Origin: Bacilli bacterium
GTDB lineage: Bacteria > Bacillota_I > Bacilli_A > RFN20 > CAG-826
Direction: 5' to 3'
Length of the DNA: 64,000 bases
NCBI GenBank assembly: GCA_017470115.1
Contig: JAFUEZ010000008.1
Location: 86,653-150,652, forward strand
In this document: positions 9,634 through 20,236 of the stretch, one piece after another
Numbering within the stretch: position 1 is the stretch's first letter
Layout: every line of letters starts with the position of its first letter
Notes under the pieces: generated by a model
Seen by the model: only the letters and a program-made list of their open reading frames with translations
Databases searched by the model: none
Told to the model about the DNA's origin: nothing
Position numbers and translations under genes: made by a program

Positions 9634-11514
9634 ATGTCTTTAATTAACTTTTCAAACGTTACAAAATACTATTCACTTGATCTTATATTAGACCATGTAA
9701 CTTTTAATATTAATAAAGGAGAACGTGTTGCACTCGTTGGAAATAACGGCACTGGAAAGACAACACTTTTGAAATTAATACTAAAAGAAGAAGAGCCAAC
9801 ACTAGTTGCAAAAGAAGATAAAGTAGGTGATATATCTATATTAAACGGCACAAGTATTGGCTATTTAAATCAAGATGCAATTAAAGATATTAATAATACA
9901 GTAAAAGAAGAATTAATGTTAGTTTTTGCAAAAAACCTTGCAGAACTCAATTATTTTTATAAATTAAGCGATAAAATAAGTACTAATCACAGTGATGAAT
10001 TACTAGAAAAATATAATGAATTATTAGAAAAGTTAACAGCTGATGGTACTTTTAATCTTGATAATAAAATTGAAGGATACATAACAAAATTTCATTTTCC
10101 TAAAGAGATTTTAAACACTAAAATTTCTACTCTTTCTGGTGGTGAGAGAATGAAAATAGCTTTCATTAAATTACTGCTCGGTGATTATGATTTGTTGTTG
10201 CTCGATGAACCTACTAATCATCTTGATATCTCAACTATTGAATGGTTAGAAGAATATTTGAAGTCATATAAAGGCACAATTCTTTTCATTTCTCATGACA
10301 GATATTTCTTAGAAACACTTGCAACTAAAATCTTAGATTTAGAGAATCATAAAATTACGACTTATAACCTTGGTTATGATGATTATTTGAAAGAAAAAGA
10401 ACTGAGATATCAACAAGAACTTGCAAAATATGAGCGCGAAGAAGAGGAAATGGAGCGCTTGAGAAGGTTTATTGAGTTCTATATGCCTAAACCTCGATTT
10501 GCTTCTAGAGCTAAAGATAGGGTTCATAAATTAGAAAAACTTGAAGCTAATCATATTGATAAACCACAAAAAGAAAATAGAAATATTAAGTTTAAAATCG
10601 AAGGAAGTAATTTAAAAAATAAAGGCTTATTAGATTTCAAAGATGTTGTTGCTGGGTATGATGTAGGATTATTTCCCCCATTTAATTTCACACTTTATGG
10701 TAAAGATCGTCTTGCTATTGTAGGAGATAATGGAATTGGAAAAACCACGCTAATTAAGTCAATAACCTTGCAAAAACCCCTTATTTTTGGAAAAATTCAA
10801 GAATTGAGACCTTTAAAAATAGGTTATATAAAGCAAAATGATTATGAGTTTGTTTCTAAATTAACATGCTTAGATTACCTAAGAGAAAAGTACCCAAAGA
10901 AATTAGACTCAGAGTTAAGAACAGCTTTAGGGAGATTCCTTTTTACAAAAGAAGATGTTTTTAAAAACTGCTCTTTACTTTCTAATGGCGAAAAGATGAG
11001 ATTGGTTCTTTGTGATCTATCGTTAAGCGAATATGATGTATTGATTCTCGATGAACCTACCAATCACTTAGATATGGTAACAAAAGAATGTTTACTTACT
11101 ACACTTAAAAATTATGAAGGTGCTATTATTTTTATTTCACATGATAGATACTTTATTAATTCTTTAGCAGATTATATTCTGTATCTTTCAAGAGACTTAA
11201 GCTTAGTTGTAGAAGGTAACTATGAAGATATCAAAGAAAAAATCGGAATCACAAATAAAACCGAAGAAGAGAAAGAAGCAAAAAAAGTTAAAGAACTTGT
11301 TTACGATAAAATTGAAACAAAGCCAAAACTATCTAATAACAAAATTAAAGAATATAAAGATAAATTATTAGATATTGAAAAAAGGTTAGAAGAAATTAAT
11401 GACCTATTGAATATGGATTTTGAAAATTATAAAGAAATTGATGCTCTTACTGATGAAAGAAGTGAGTTGGAAGAGAAGTATTTTGAGATTCTTAACATAT
11501 TGGATGAGAATTAG
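9634..11514 (+). CDS. ABC-F family ATPase
   Basis: Two NBDs (GNNGTGKT, LSGGE, LLLDEPTNHLD twice), no TM, C-terminal coiled coil. Confidence 0.93.
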   Translation: MSLINFSNVTKYYSLDLILDHVTFNINKGERVALVGNNGTGKTTLLKLILKEEEPTLVAKEDKVGDISILNGTSIGYLNQDAIKDINNTVKEELMLVFAKNLAELNYFYKLSDKISTNHSDELLEKYNELLEKLTADGTFNLDNKIEGYITKFHFPKEILNTKISTLSGGERMKIAFIKLLLGDYDLLLLDEPTNHLDISTIEWLEEYLKSYKGTILFISHDRYFLETLATKILDLENHKITTYNLGYDDYLKEKELRYQQELAKYEREEEEMERLRRFIEFYMPKPRFASRAKDRVHKLEKLEANHIDKPQKENRNIKFKIEGSNLKNKGLLDFKDVVAGYDVGLFPPFNFTLYGKDRLAIVGDNGIGKTTLIKSITLQKPLIFGKIQELRPLKIGYIKQNDYEFVSKLTCLDYLREKYPKKLDSELRTALGRFLFTKEDVFKNCSLLSNGEKMRLVLCDLSLSEYDVLILDEPTNHLDMVTKECLLTTLKNYEGAIIFISHDRYFINSLADYILYLSRDLSLVVEGNYEDIKEKIGITNKTEEEKEAKKVKELVYDKIETKPKLSNNKIKEYKDKLLDIEKRLEEINDLLNMDFENYKEIDALTDERSELEEKYFEILNILDEN

Positions 11515-11570
11515 GTATTAAAATATAATATATTTTAGGTAAAAATCCATTAAAAAAATCTACTTTTGAT

Positions 11571-11592
11571 TTATATCAATATATTGATATAA
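11571..11592. promoter_or_regulatory. perfect 22-bp palindrome inside sigma-A promoter
   Basis: TTATATCAATATATTGATATAA between TTGATT (11566) and TATAAT (11588). Confidence 0.55.
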
Positions 11593-11794
11593 TATAAATA
11601 TAAGATAAGAAGGGATGTGCAAATAAGTTCAGGTAACAAACGCTGAATGAAAAGATAATAGTTTTGGCACGTTCCTTCTTTTTTAAAGTTAATTGTTTGA
11701 ATTAAAACAACATTAAGATTTAAGGTTAAAAGTATTTATAAAAAAGCAACGGGCATAAAATTCTTCTTAGAAAGGAAAAAGGAGGAACTTGTTT

Positions 11795-11863
11795 ATGTCA
11801 AATTTGATAAAATTCGTTAATTCTTTTTACTTTTATTATTATTACTTTGACCGCAATCAATAA
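11795..11863 (+). CDS. Phe/Tyr-rich attenuator leader peptide MSNLIKFVNSFYFYYYYFDRNQ
   Basis: AGGAGG SD, 8 consecutive Phe/Tyr codons, followed by alternative hairpins and terminator. Confidence 0.8.
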   Translation: MSNLIKFVNSFYFYYYYFDRNQ

Positions 11864-11937
11864 CATTGTGTGATTTTAAGTAGTAAGTGTTATTGATTTA
11901 GATTGGTAACACTTAAAGTAATAAATTGATTATTTGG

Positions 11938-11967
11938 CTTGAGCGTTACCGATGCTCAAGTTTTTTT
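11938..11967 (+). terminator. attenuator terminator
   Basis: CTTGAGCGT-taccg-ATGCTCAAG + T7, just upstream of ABC start codon. Confidence 0.85.
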
Positions 11968-11981
11968 AAGGAGAGATTAAT

Positions 11982-13001
11982 ATGAGAAGAGAAAGATTAA
12001 TAGCAATTGCAGCTTTTGCTGCTTTAAGTGGAGTAATTTCATCATGTGGAAGTAGTCGTATTGACATGGAAACATGGAAATTTAGTCCAAAAGATGCCAA
12101 AAATATTAAAATTGGAGTTTTGCAACCTGTAGAACATGACGCTTTAAGTCAAGCTCGTTTGGGTTTTAAATCAGCTTTAGAAGAAAACGATATTACCTTC
12201 ACTTTTGATTATCAAAACGCAAATGGAAATTCAGCAGATCAAAACACATTAGCTAAAAAGATGGTTACTGAAGACGATTTAGTGCTTGGAATCGGAACTG
12301 GAGCTTCTGTTGCTTTACAATCATCTGCAATAAATGCTGGTACAACATTGCCAATATTATTTACTGCAGTTACTGATCCTGTTGATGCAGAACTTGTAGA
12401 TACTTTAGCTGAACCTGGGCAAAACGTTACAGGTACAAGCGATGCAAACCCAGTAGAAGCTCAAATTGATTTAATTAAAGAATGTGTTCCTACAGCAACT
12501 AAAATCGGAGTAATGTACACTCAAAGTGAAACAAATAGTAAAGTACAAGCCGATCAAGCTAAAAAAGAAGCTGAAAAACAAGGCTTATCAGTTGTTGTAA
12601 AAACATGTACTGATTCAAGTGACATCGCTTCCGTTGCTCAGGCAATTTGTGCTGAAGGAATTCAAGCTTTATATATTCCAACTGATAACAACATTGCATC
12701 TCATATGGAAGCAATTAAAAATGCAGTAGAAGCAAAAAGTGTTTTATGTGTTGTTGGTGAAGAAGCTCAATGTAAAAACGGTGGCCATATCACATTATCA
12801 ATCGATTACTTTGAATTAGGGAAAGTTACTGGATATATGGCTGCACAAATTATTAAAGATGGAGTTAGACCAGATCAAATTCCAGTTAAATCAATGACTG
12901 CAGCAGAATGCAGTTATGTTATGTCTAGTGCTAATCTAAGTAGTGCAAATATTACTTTACCAGCATCTGTTGCTGAAAAGTTTAAAGATATTAACAGTTA
13001 A
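11982..13001 (+). CDS. ABC substrate-binding lipoprotein, aromatic amino acid (TrpX-like, ABC_sub_bind) family
   Basis: ISSC lipobox; IGVLQPVEHDAL, PILFTAVTDPV, NVTGTSD, SETNS, PTDN, IDYFELG. Confidence 0.85.
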   Translation: MRRERLIAIAAFAALSGVISSCGSSRIDMETWKFSPKDAKNIKIGVLQPVEHDALSQARLGFKSALEENDITFTFDYQNANGNSADQNTLAKKMVTEDDLVLGIGTGASVALQSSAINAGTTLPILFTAVTDPVDAELVDTLAEPGQNVTGTSDANPVEAQIDLIKECVPTATKIGVMYTQSETNSKVQADQAKKEAEKQGLSVVVKTCTDSSDIASVAQAICAEGIQALYIPTDNNIASHMEAIKNAVEAKSVLCVVGEEAQCKNGGHITLSIDYFELGKVTGYMAAQIIKDGVRPDQIPVKSMTAAECSYVMSSANLSSANITLPASVAEKFKDINS

Positions 13002-13016
13002 TCGAAAGGCAAATGA

Positions 13017-13964
13017 ATGGATTTTTTAAATCTTGTATTAATTATTCTAACTAGTGGAATTCCTTGTGCTTTATTAGCTATAGGAATTTTCATCACTTAT
13101 AGGTTACTTGATTTTGCTGATTTAACGGCAGAAGGTAGTTTTTTGATTGGTGGTGCGATTTGTGTAACACTTATTAAAATTGGATGGAATCCTTTTTTAG
13201 CAACTATTTTTTCAATTATTGGTGGTGCGTTTTGTGGACTTATAACAGGTGTGCTAAATACTAAATTAAAGATTCCTAAACTTTTAAGTGGAATAATTAC
13301 AATGACAGCAGCCACATCAATTGCAATGGCAATAATGGGTGCGACAGTTGAAGAAGCTTTTACTAATTTAGTAGTTTTAGGAAGAAACGATAACACTATC
13401 TATTCTATTTTTTATCCAGGTGGAATATGGAATATGATAATTGAATCATCTATCATGGCGCTAATTGTAATTATTACGATGATTATCGTTTATTTCTTCT
13501 TTGGAACTGAATATGGAATGGCCATTAGAGCAACTGGAATTAATGAAAAAATGGCTCGTTCACAAGGTATAAATACAGACTTATCAACTATTATTGCAGT
13601 AATTGTAGCTAATGCATTAATAGCCTTGGCAGGAGCACTATATGCTCAAGATTCAAGATCAATGGATATTAAATCTTCAGCGGGATATTTGGTTATTGGA
13701 TTAGCATCAATTCTTATTGGGGAATCGATTTTTGGAAAACGTAATTTCAAGAATTGGTTGATTTCTGTTGCTCTTGGTGCAATTGTTTATTTTATAATCG
13801 TCAATGTTGCTTTAAAACTTGGCTTCCCAACCGAACTTAAGAGCCTTTTATACGCTGTTCTTATTACTTTGGCTTTGTGTTTACCAATTATTAAATCTTC
13901 AATTTTAAAACTATTTAAAAAGAAGAATACTATTGATATTGATGGAGGTGCTAAAAATGCTTGA
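13017..13964 (+). CDS. ABC permease
   Basis: ITYRLLDFADLTAEGSF, GMAIRATG.N..MARSQGIN, VIGLASILIGE. Confidence 0.9.
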   Translation: MDFLNLVLIILTSGIPCALLAIGIFITYRLLDFADLTAEGSFLIGGAICVTLIKIGWNPFLATIFSIIGGAFCGLITGVLNTKLKIPKLLSGIITMTAATSIAMAIMGATVEEAFTNLVVLGRNDNTIYSIFYPGGIWNMIIESSIMALIVIITMIIVYFFFGTEYGMAIRATGINEKMARSQGINTDLSTIIAVIVANALIALAGALYAQDSRSMDIKSSAGYLVIGLASILIGESIFGKRNFKNWLISVALGAIVYFIIVNVALKLGFPTELKSLLYAVLITLALCLPIIKSSILKLFKKKNTIDIDGGAKNA

Positions 13965-15018
13965 AATTAAAAATGTTTCTAAAACCTTCAACTTAACCGG
14001 AAATGCAGCCGATACAAGAGTTGCTCTAGATAATATTAGTTTAAAAATTGAAGATGGTGAATTTGTCACTATCATTGGTGGCAATGGTTCAGGTAAATCA
14101 ACATTAATGAATATAATCTCTGGAGTTTTATTACCTGATGAAGGCAAAGTCTTTTTAGGCAACATGGACATTACAAAATTAAAAGAGCATAAAAGAGCTA
14201 AATTTTTTGGACGTGTATTTCAAGACCCTATGATGGGGACTGCTGGAGATATGTCATGTTTAGAAAATATGGAGTTATCTTTTAGAAAATCTAAACATCG
14301 TTCTCCTTTTAAATGGGGATTTTCAAAAGGTATATTAAGAGAGTACTTTAAACGTCAATTATCTGAATTTCATTTGGGTTTAGAGGACTCTTTGAATCAA
14401 AAGGTTGGATTAATGAGTGGCGGTCAAAGACAAGCGTTAACTCTTTTAATGTCTGCTTCAGATACTAGAATCGACACATTAAATGAATTTGTAGCTACAT
14501 ATTGTGATAATCATTTAGGCTCTTTGAGAAGTGAAATTGAGCAAGCTAAAGATAAAAAAGAAAAAAGAAATTTGAATCTTAAACTCAAAGATGAGATTAA
14601 AAATTATAAAGATATAGCCACCAAATTTTATGAGGAAAGAAAAAAGGTTTATCTTGAAAAAATGGAACAAGCTAAAACTGATGATGAAAAAATCGATGCT
14701 TATATAGAGTTCAATAATTCGCTTCATGATTACAATCAAGATAGAAGAATCTTGCTTTTAGATGAACACACAGCAGCTCTCGATCCAAAAACATCAAAGA
14801 AAGTCTTAGAACTTACAGATAAAATTGTAAGAACAAATCATTTAACTACATTGATGATTACACATAATATGAAAGACGCCATAACTTATGGGGATCGCTT
14901 GATTATGTTTTATCAAGGACATTTAATTCTTGATGTTAGAGGTGAAGAAAAATCAAAACTAAAAGTTTCTGACTTATTAAATAAATTTGATGAGGCAGAA
15001 AAAATGATGAACTATTAA
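13957..15018 (+). CDS. ABC ATPase with ~95-aa insertion
   Basis: GGNGSGKST, RVFQDPMMGT, MSGGQRQALTLLM, LLLDEHTAALDP; start reassigned to ATG 13957 after GGAGG. Confidence 0.88.
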   Translation: MLEIKNVSKTFNLTGNAADTRVALDNISLKIEDGEFVTIIGGNGSGKSTLMNIISGVLLPDEGKVFLGNMDITKLKEHKRAKFFGRVFQDPMMGTAGDMSCLENMELSFRKSKHRSPFKWGFSKGILREYFKRQLSEFHLGLEDSLNQKVGLMSGGQRQALTLLMSASDTRIDTLNEFVATYCDNHLGSLRSEIEQAKDKKEKRNLNLKLKDEIKNYKDIATKFYEERKKVYLEKMEQAKTDDEKIDAYIEFNNSLHDYNQDRRILLLDEHTAALDPKTSKKVLELTDKIVRTNHLTTLMITHNMKDAITYGDRLIMFYQGHLILDVRGEEKSKLKVSDLLNKFDEAEKMMNY

Positions 15019-15044
15019 TTTTTTAGTGATATATTGTTTAAGGT

Positions 15045-16112
15045 ATGAAAAGTTTAAAAAAATTGATATTAATATCAACAATTGCATTAGGTTCTATAGC
15101 TTTCGCAAGCTGTGATGATTTTATGGCGCGTGTTAGAGGAGATGATGAGAATACAAATCCATCTGGTGATAACAATCCAACTCCAGGAGGAGATGACACT
15201 CCAGATACACCTGATGTTCCAGATACTCCTGACACTCCAACTCCTGGAGGAGATGATACACCTGATACTCCTACTCCAGGCCCATCAGTTGATCCTACAG
15301 AAAATCCAGATTATTCCTATTTAATGGCAAATAATCGAATTAAACCAACTCGTGATGAGACATATTATGCTTCATGTAAAGGTTTAAAAGGAGAAGATCT
15401 TAAAAGAGCCCTTCATAACATTATTAAAGGTCATACAACATATACATATAACTCTACATTGAATAGCTACATGAAAAAGACTGATGCTGATCCTGATAAG
15501 CCAGGTAACATCATTTTGACATATGAAGGTTCAGTTCCATCATCAACAAGTTTCAATAAAGAACATACGTGGGCAAAATCTCATGGTAATTTTGGAGAAA
15601 CTAGAGGTATCGGAAGTGATTTACATAATTTAAGACCATGTAATGCCAACTTAAATAGTACTAGAGGTAGTTTAGATTTTGGTACAGTTAGCTCTCATGT
15701 AAGCACAAATAACATTTCTAAATTTAGTTGGGCAACAAGTGATATGTCTAACAATTTTATAAATGGAACTTATTTTGAACCAAAAGATGAGTTTAAAGGT
15801 GATATTGCTAGAATGATTTTTTACATGGCTACACGATATGAATCTGAAGATAACTATGATTTAGAAGTTGGTGGGCAAATTGATTCTAAATATAGATCAT
15901 TTGTTAGTGGAGCAACCGGAAAACATGGCAATTTTAATGACTTATATAAATGGGCAACAAGTGGACAAGATCCAGTCAGTAACTTTGAAGTAAATCGTAA
16001 CAATGTTATTGATTCTGAATATCAACACAATAGAAATCCATTTATTGACCACCCTGAATTTATCATTATGATTTATGACACAACTTATAGCGGTCCAGGG
16101 GCATTGATGTAA
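15045..16112 (+). CDS. endonuclease I/Bsn-family nuclease lipoprotein with Pro/Asp/Thr linker
   Basis: FASC lipobox; NKEHTWAKSHG, DLHNLR, KGDIARMIFYMATRY, NRNPFIDHPE. Confidence 0.88.
   Translation: MKSLKKLILISTIALGSIAFASCDDFMARVRGDDENTNPSGDNNPTPGGDDTPDTPDVPDTPDTPTPGGDDTPDTPTPGPSVDPTENPDYSYLMANNRIKPTRDETYYASCKGLKGEDLKRALHNIIKGHTTYTYNSTLNSYMKKTDADPDKPGNIILTYEGSVPSSTSFNKEHTWAKSHGNFGETRGIGSDLHNLRPCNANLNSTRGSLDFGTVSSHVSTNNISKFSWATSDMSNNFINGTYFEPKDEFKGDIARMIFYMATRYESEDNYDLEVGGQIDSKYRSFVSGATGKHGNFNDLYKWATSGQDPVSNFEVNRNNVIDSEYQHNRNPFIDHPEFIIMIYDTTYSGPGALM
15177..15281 (+). repeat. low-complexity PTPGGDDTPDTP coding repeat
   Basis: PTPGGDDTPDTP occurs twice 60 nt apart. Confidence 0.75.
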
Positions 16113-16154
16113 AAATATTCTCAATTTTAAAAATTTTTATATAATTAAATTAAT

Positions 16155-16571
16155 ATGACACTTAATAAGACTAAATTACAAAAAATAATTAAAGCAATCG
16201 AAAAAACAAAAAGAAAAGTATATACAGTATCAGAACTCTCACGTGATACTGGTATTAAAGATGAGATTTTAATCGATTATTTGAGTAAATTTAATGCTCT
16301 TATTTATTTTGATAATCAAGCGAACATTAAAGAATATCTTGAAGGTATTAAAGAAGATTTTGAAGATCAAAATAAAGAAGTTGTTAAGCGCAATGATTAT
16401 GTAAGAAGTAAAGACATTGAACAATATGATGGTTTCATTGATTACATCTATAAGACAATGACTGTTCAAGGAGGCATTCTTGATACAGGTTATGGACTTA
16501 CAAAAAAAGACATAAAGATAATCAAAAAACTTATCAAAGAAGAAAGTGATAGATTATCATCCAAAAAGTAA
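16155..16571 (+). CDS. hypothetical protein, possible N-terminal HTH
   Basis: YTVSELSRDTGI resembles HTH. Confidence 0.6.
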   Translation: MTLNKTKLQKIIKAIEKTKRKVYTVSELSRDTGIKDEILIDYLSKFNALIYFDNQANIKEYLEGIKEDFEDQNKEVVKRNDYVRSKDIEQYDGFIDYIYKTMTVQGGILDTGYGLTKKDIKIIKKLIKEESDRLSSKK

Positions 16572-16683
16572 AAACCCTGCAAAAACGCAATATTTAGTAG
16601 AAAAATAGTAGAATTATAGTAGAAATATAATTCTCTTTTTTTCTTTTATACATCATTAATATAATGTATAATATGTCTCGACT

Positions 16684-16729
16684 CGTGTGTCTTTCCCATG
16701 ACTAACCACACGTAAAATTTAACAGGGGG
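16684..16729 (+). ncRNA. preQ1-I-like riboswitch (variant)
   Basis: P1 CGTGTG/CACACG, C just 5' of the 3' strand, A-rich tail ending AACAGGGGG able to pair with loop TTCCC; directly upstream of queT. Confidence 0.65.
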
Positions 16730-16738
16730 TATTTCCTA

Positions 16739-18465
<1,727 letters not shown>

Positions 18466-18518
18466 AGCCTTTTTTAAATTCAAATTTATCTTATTATCTT
18501 ATATAATAGATAAACGTT

Positions 18519-19544
18519 ATGGATATAAATTTATTTGATTATTATTTACCTGAAGAATTAATTGCTCAAGAGCCTTCATCAATTCGTGATGAATGCAAGC
18601 TTTTAGTTGTAAATAGAACTAAAAAAACATATGAAGATAAAATCTTTCATGACATTTTAGATTATTTTAAAAAAGGTGATGTACTTGTTAGAAATAATAC
18701 AAAAGTTATTCCTGCTAGACTTTTTGCTATAAAAGAAGGAACAGGAGCAAAAGTAGAAGTATTGCTTTTAAAAGATCTAGGAAGCGATACTTGGGAATGC
18801 TTATGTGGCAATGCAAAGGCAATTAAAGTAGGCACTAAATTGCATTTTAAAGATGACATATTAATCGGAACATGTTTAGCAACTTTTGATGAAGGAATTA
18901 GACATATAAAATTCGATTATGATGGTATATTTTTGGAAGAGTTAGATAAGATTGGTTTGATGCCTCTACCACCTTATATTCATAAACAAGTTGATGATAA
19001 TGATAAATATCAAACTGTATATGCAAAAATAGAAGGAAGTGCAGCAGCACCAACAGCAGGATTTCATTTTACACCTGAACTATTAAAGAAAATTGAAGAA
19101 AAAGGTGTTGAAATTGTTGACATTACATTAAATATTGGCTTAGGAACGTTTAGACCAGTTAAAGTCCAAGATACAAAAGATCACATTATGCATAGTGAAT
19201 CTTATGTTGTAAGTGAAGAAGCTGCAAGTAAACTCAATAGAGCTAAAAAAGAAGGAAGAAGAATTATTGCTTGTGGAACAACAAGTGTTAGAACTTTAGA
19301 AAGTAATTTTGCTAAATATAATGAATTTAAAGCAGAAAGTAGCGCGACATCTATTTTTATATCACCTGGATATGAATATAAAGCTGTAGATTGCTTGATT
19401 ACTAACTTTCATCTTCCTAAATCAACTTTAGTCATGCTTGTTTCAGCTTTTATGGGAAGAGAATTTACACTTGAATGCTATAAACATGCAGTTGAAGAAA
19501 AATATAGATTTTTCTCTTTTGGCGATTCAATGTTCATTTATTAA
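18519..19544 (+). CDS. queA: S-adenosylmethionine:tRNA ribosyltransferase-isomerase
   Basis: LPEELIAQ, NTKVIPARL, PLPPYI, GSAAAPTAG, TNFHLPKSTL, YRFFSFGD. Confidence 0.97.
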   Translation: MDINLFDYYLPEELIAQEPSSIRDECKLLVVNRTKKTYEDKIFHDILDYFKKGDVLVRNNTKVIPARLFAIKEGTGAKVEVLLLKDLGSDTWECLCGNAKAIKVGTKLHFKDDILIGTCLATFDEGIRHIKFDYDGIFLEELDKIGLMPLPPYIHKQVDDNDKYQTVYAKIEGSAAAPTAGFHFTPELLKKIEEKGVEIVDITLNIGLGTFRPVKVQDTKDHIMHSESYVVSEEAASKLNRAKKEGRRIIACGTTSVRTLESNFAKYNEFKAESSATSIFISPGYEYKAVDCLITNFHLPKSTLVMLVSAFMGREFTLECYKHAVEEKYRFFSFGDSMFIY

Positions 19545-19545
19545 T

Positions 19546-20172
19546 ATGAAAGAAAATAGAAACTATTATAGAGAATTTTTAAAAGACTATAACAAGATCA
19601 GAAGTGAAACTCCAAAGGATGAACTTCCTAAACTTTTACTTCACATTTGTTGTGGAGCTTGCTCTTGTTTTCCTTTAATATTTTTAACCGATTTATTTGA
19701 TATTACAGTTTACTACACAAACTCTAATATATATCCTGAAAGTGAATTTGAAAAGCGATTTGAAGCTTTAACAAAATATGTGGAATTTGTTGAAAAAGCC
19801 TGCAAAACTCAAGTAAAAATTATAAAAGACACATATAATCATGATGAATTTATATGCGATTTGTTACCTTTTAAAGATGAAGAAGAAGGTGGACATAGAT
19901 GCAAAATTTGTATAGAAAAACGTTTTAAACGTACTTTTGATTTTGCTTCTTCTCAAGGATTTAAATACGTTACTACAGTTATGAGTATATCTAGAAATAA
20001 AGATGTAGATTACTTAAATATGTTAGGAGAAAAACTTGCTAAGAAATATAATAATCTCACATATGTTCATTCAGATTTTAAAAAGAATAATGGTCAAGAT
20101 ATCGGTGTTGATTTATCTAAAAAAATTGGCATTTATAGACAATGTTTTTGTGGATGCGAATTTAGTAAGTGA
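19546..20172 (+). CDS. queH: epoxyqueuosine reductase QueH
   Basis: LLLHICCGACS, NSNIYP, RCKIC, YRQCFCGCEFS; start reassigned to ATG 19546. Confidence 0.9.
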   Translation: MKENRNYYREFLKDYNKIRSETPKDELPKLLLHICCGACSCFPLIFLTDLFDITVYYTNSNIYPESEFEKRFEALTKYVEFVEKACKTQVKIIKDTYNHDEFICDLLPFKDEEEGGHRCKICIEKRFKRTFDFASSQGFKYVTTVMSISRNKDVDYLNMLGEKLAKKYNNLTYVHSDFKKNNGQDIGVDLSKKIGIYRQCFCGCEFSK

Positions 20173-20236
20173 TATTGAATTTAATCATATTTATTAAAGA
20201 TTTTTTACATCATTTTTTATATAATAAAAATAGTTT

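Noticed and set aside
11607-11684. SRP RNA or T-box riboswitch
   Set aside because: Size is similar to small SRP RNA, but the helix-8 GNRA/AGCAG motif is absent; no T-box GGTGGTACCGCG-like sequence
14455-14745. Intein in ABC ATPase
   Set aside because: No His-Asn/nucleophile junction and no HINT or LAGLIDADG motifs
20170-20172. UGA as Trp (Mollicutes code 4)
   Set aside because: Conserved genes are full length without TGA read-through, queH ends at TGA right after its conserved C-terminus, and most Trp codons are TGG
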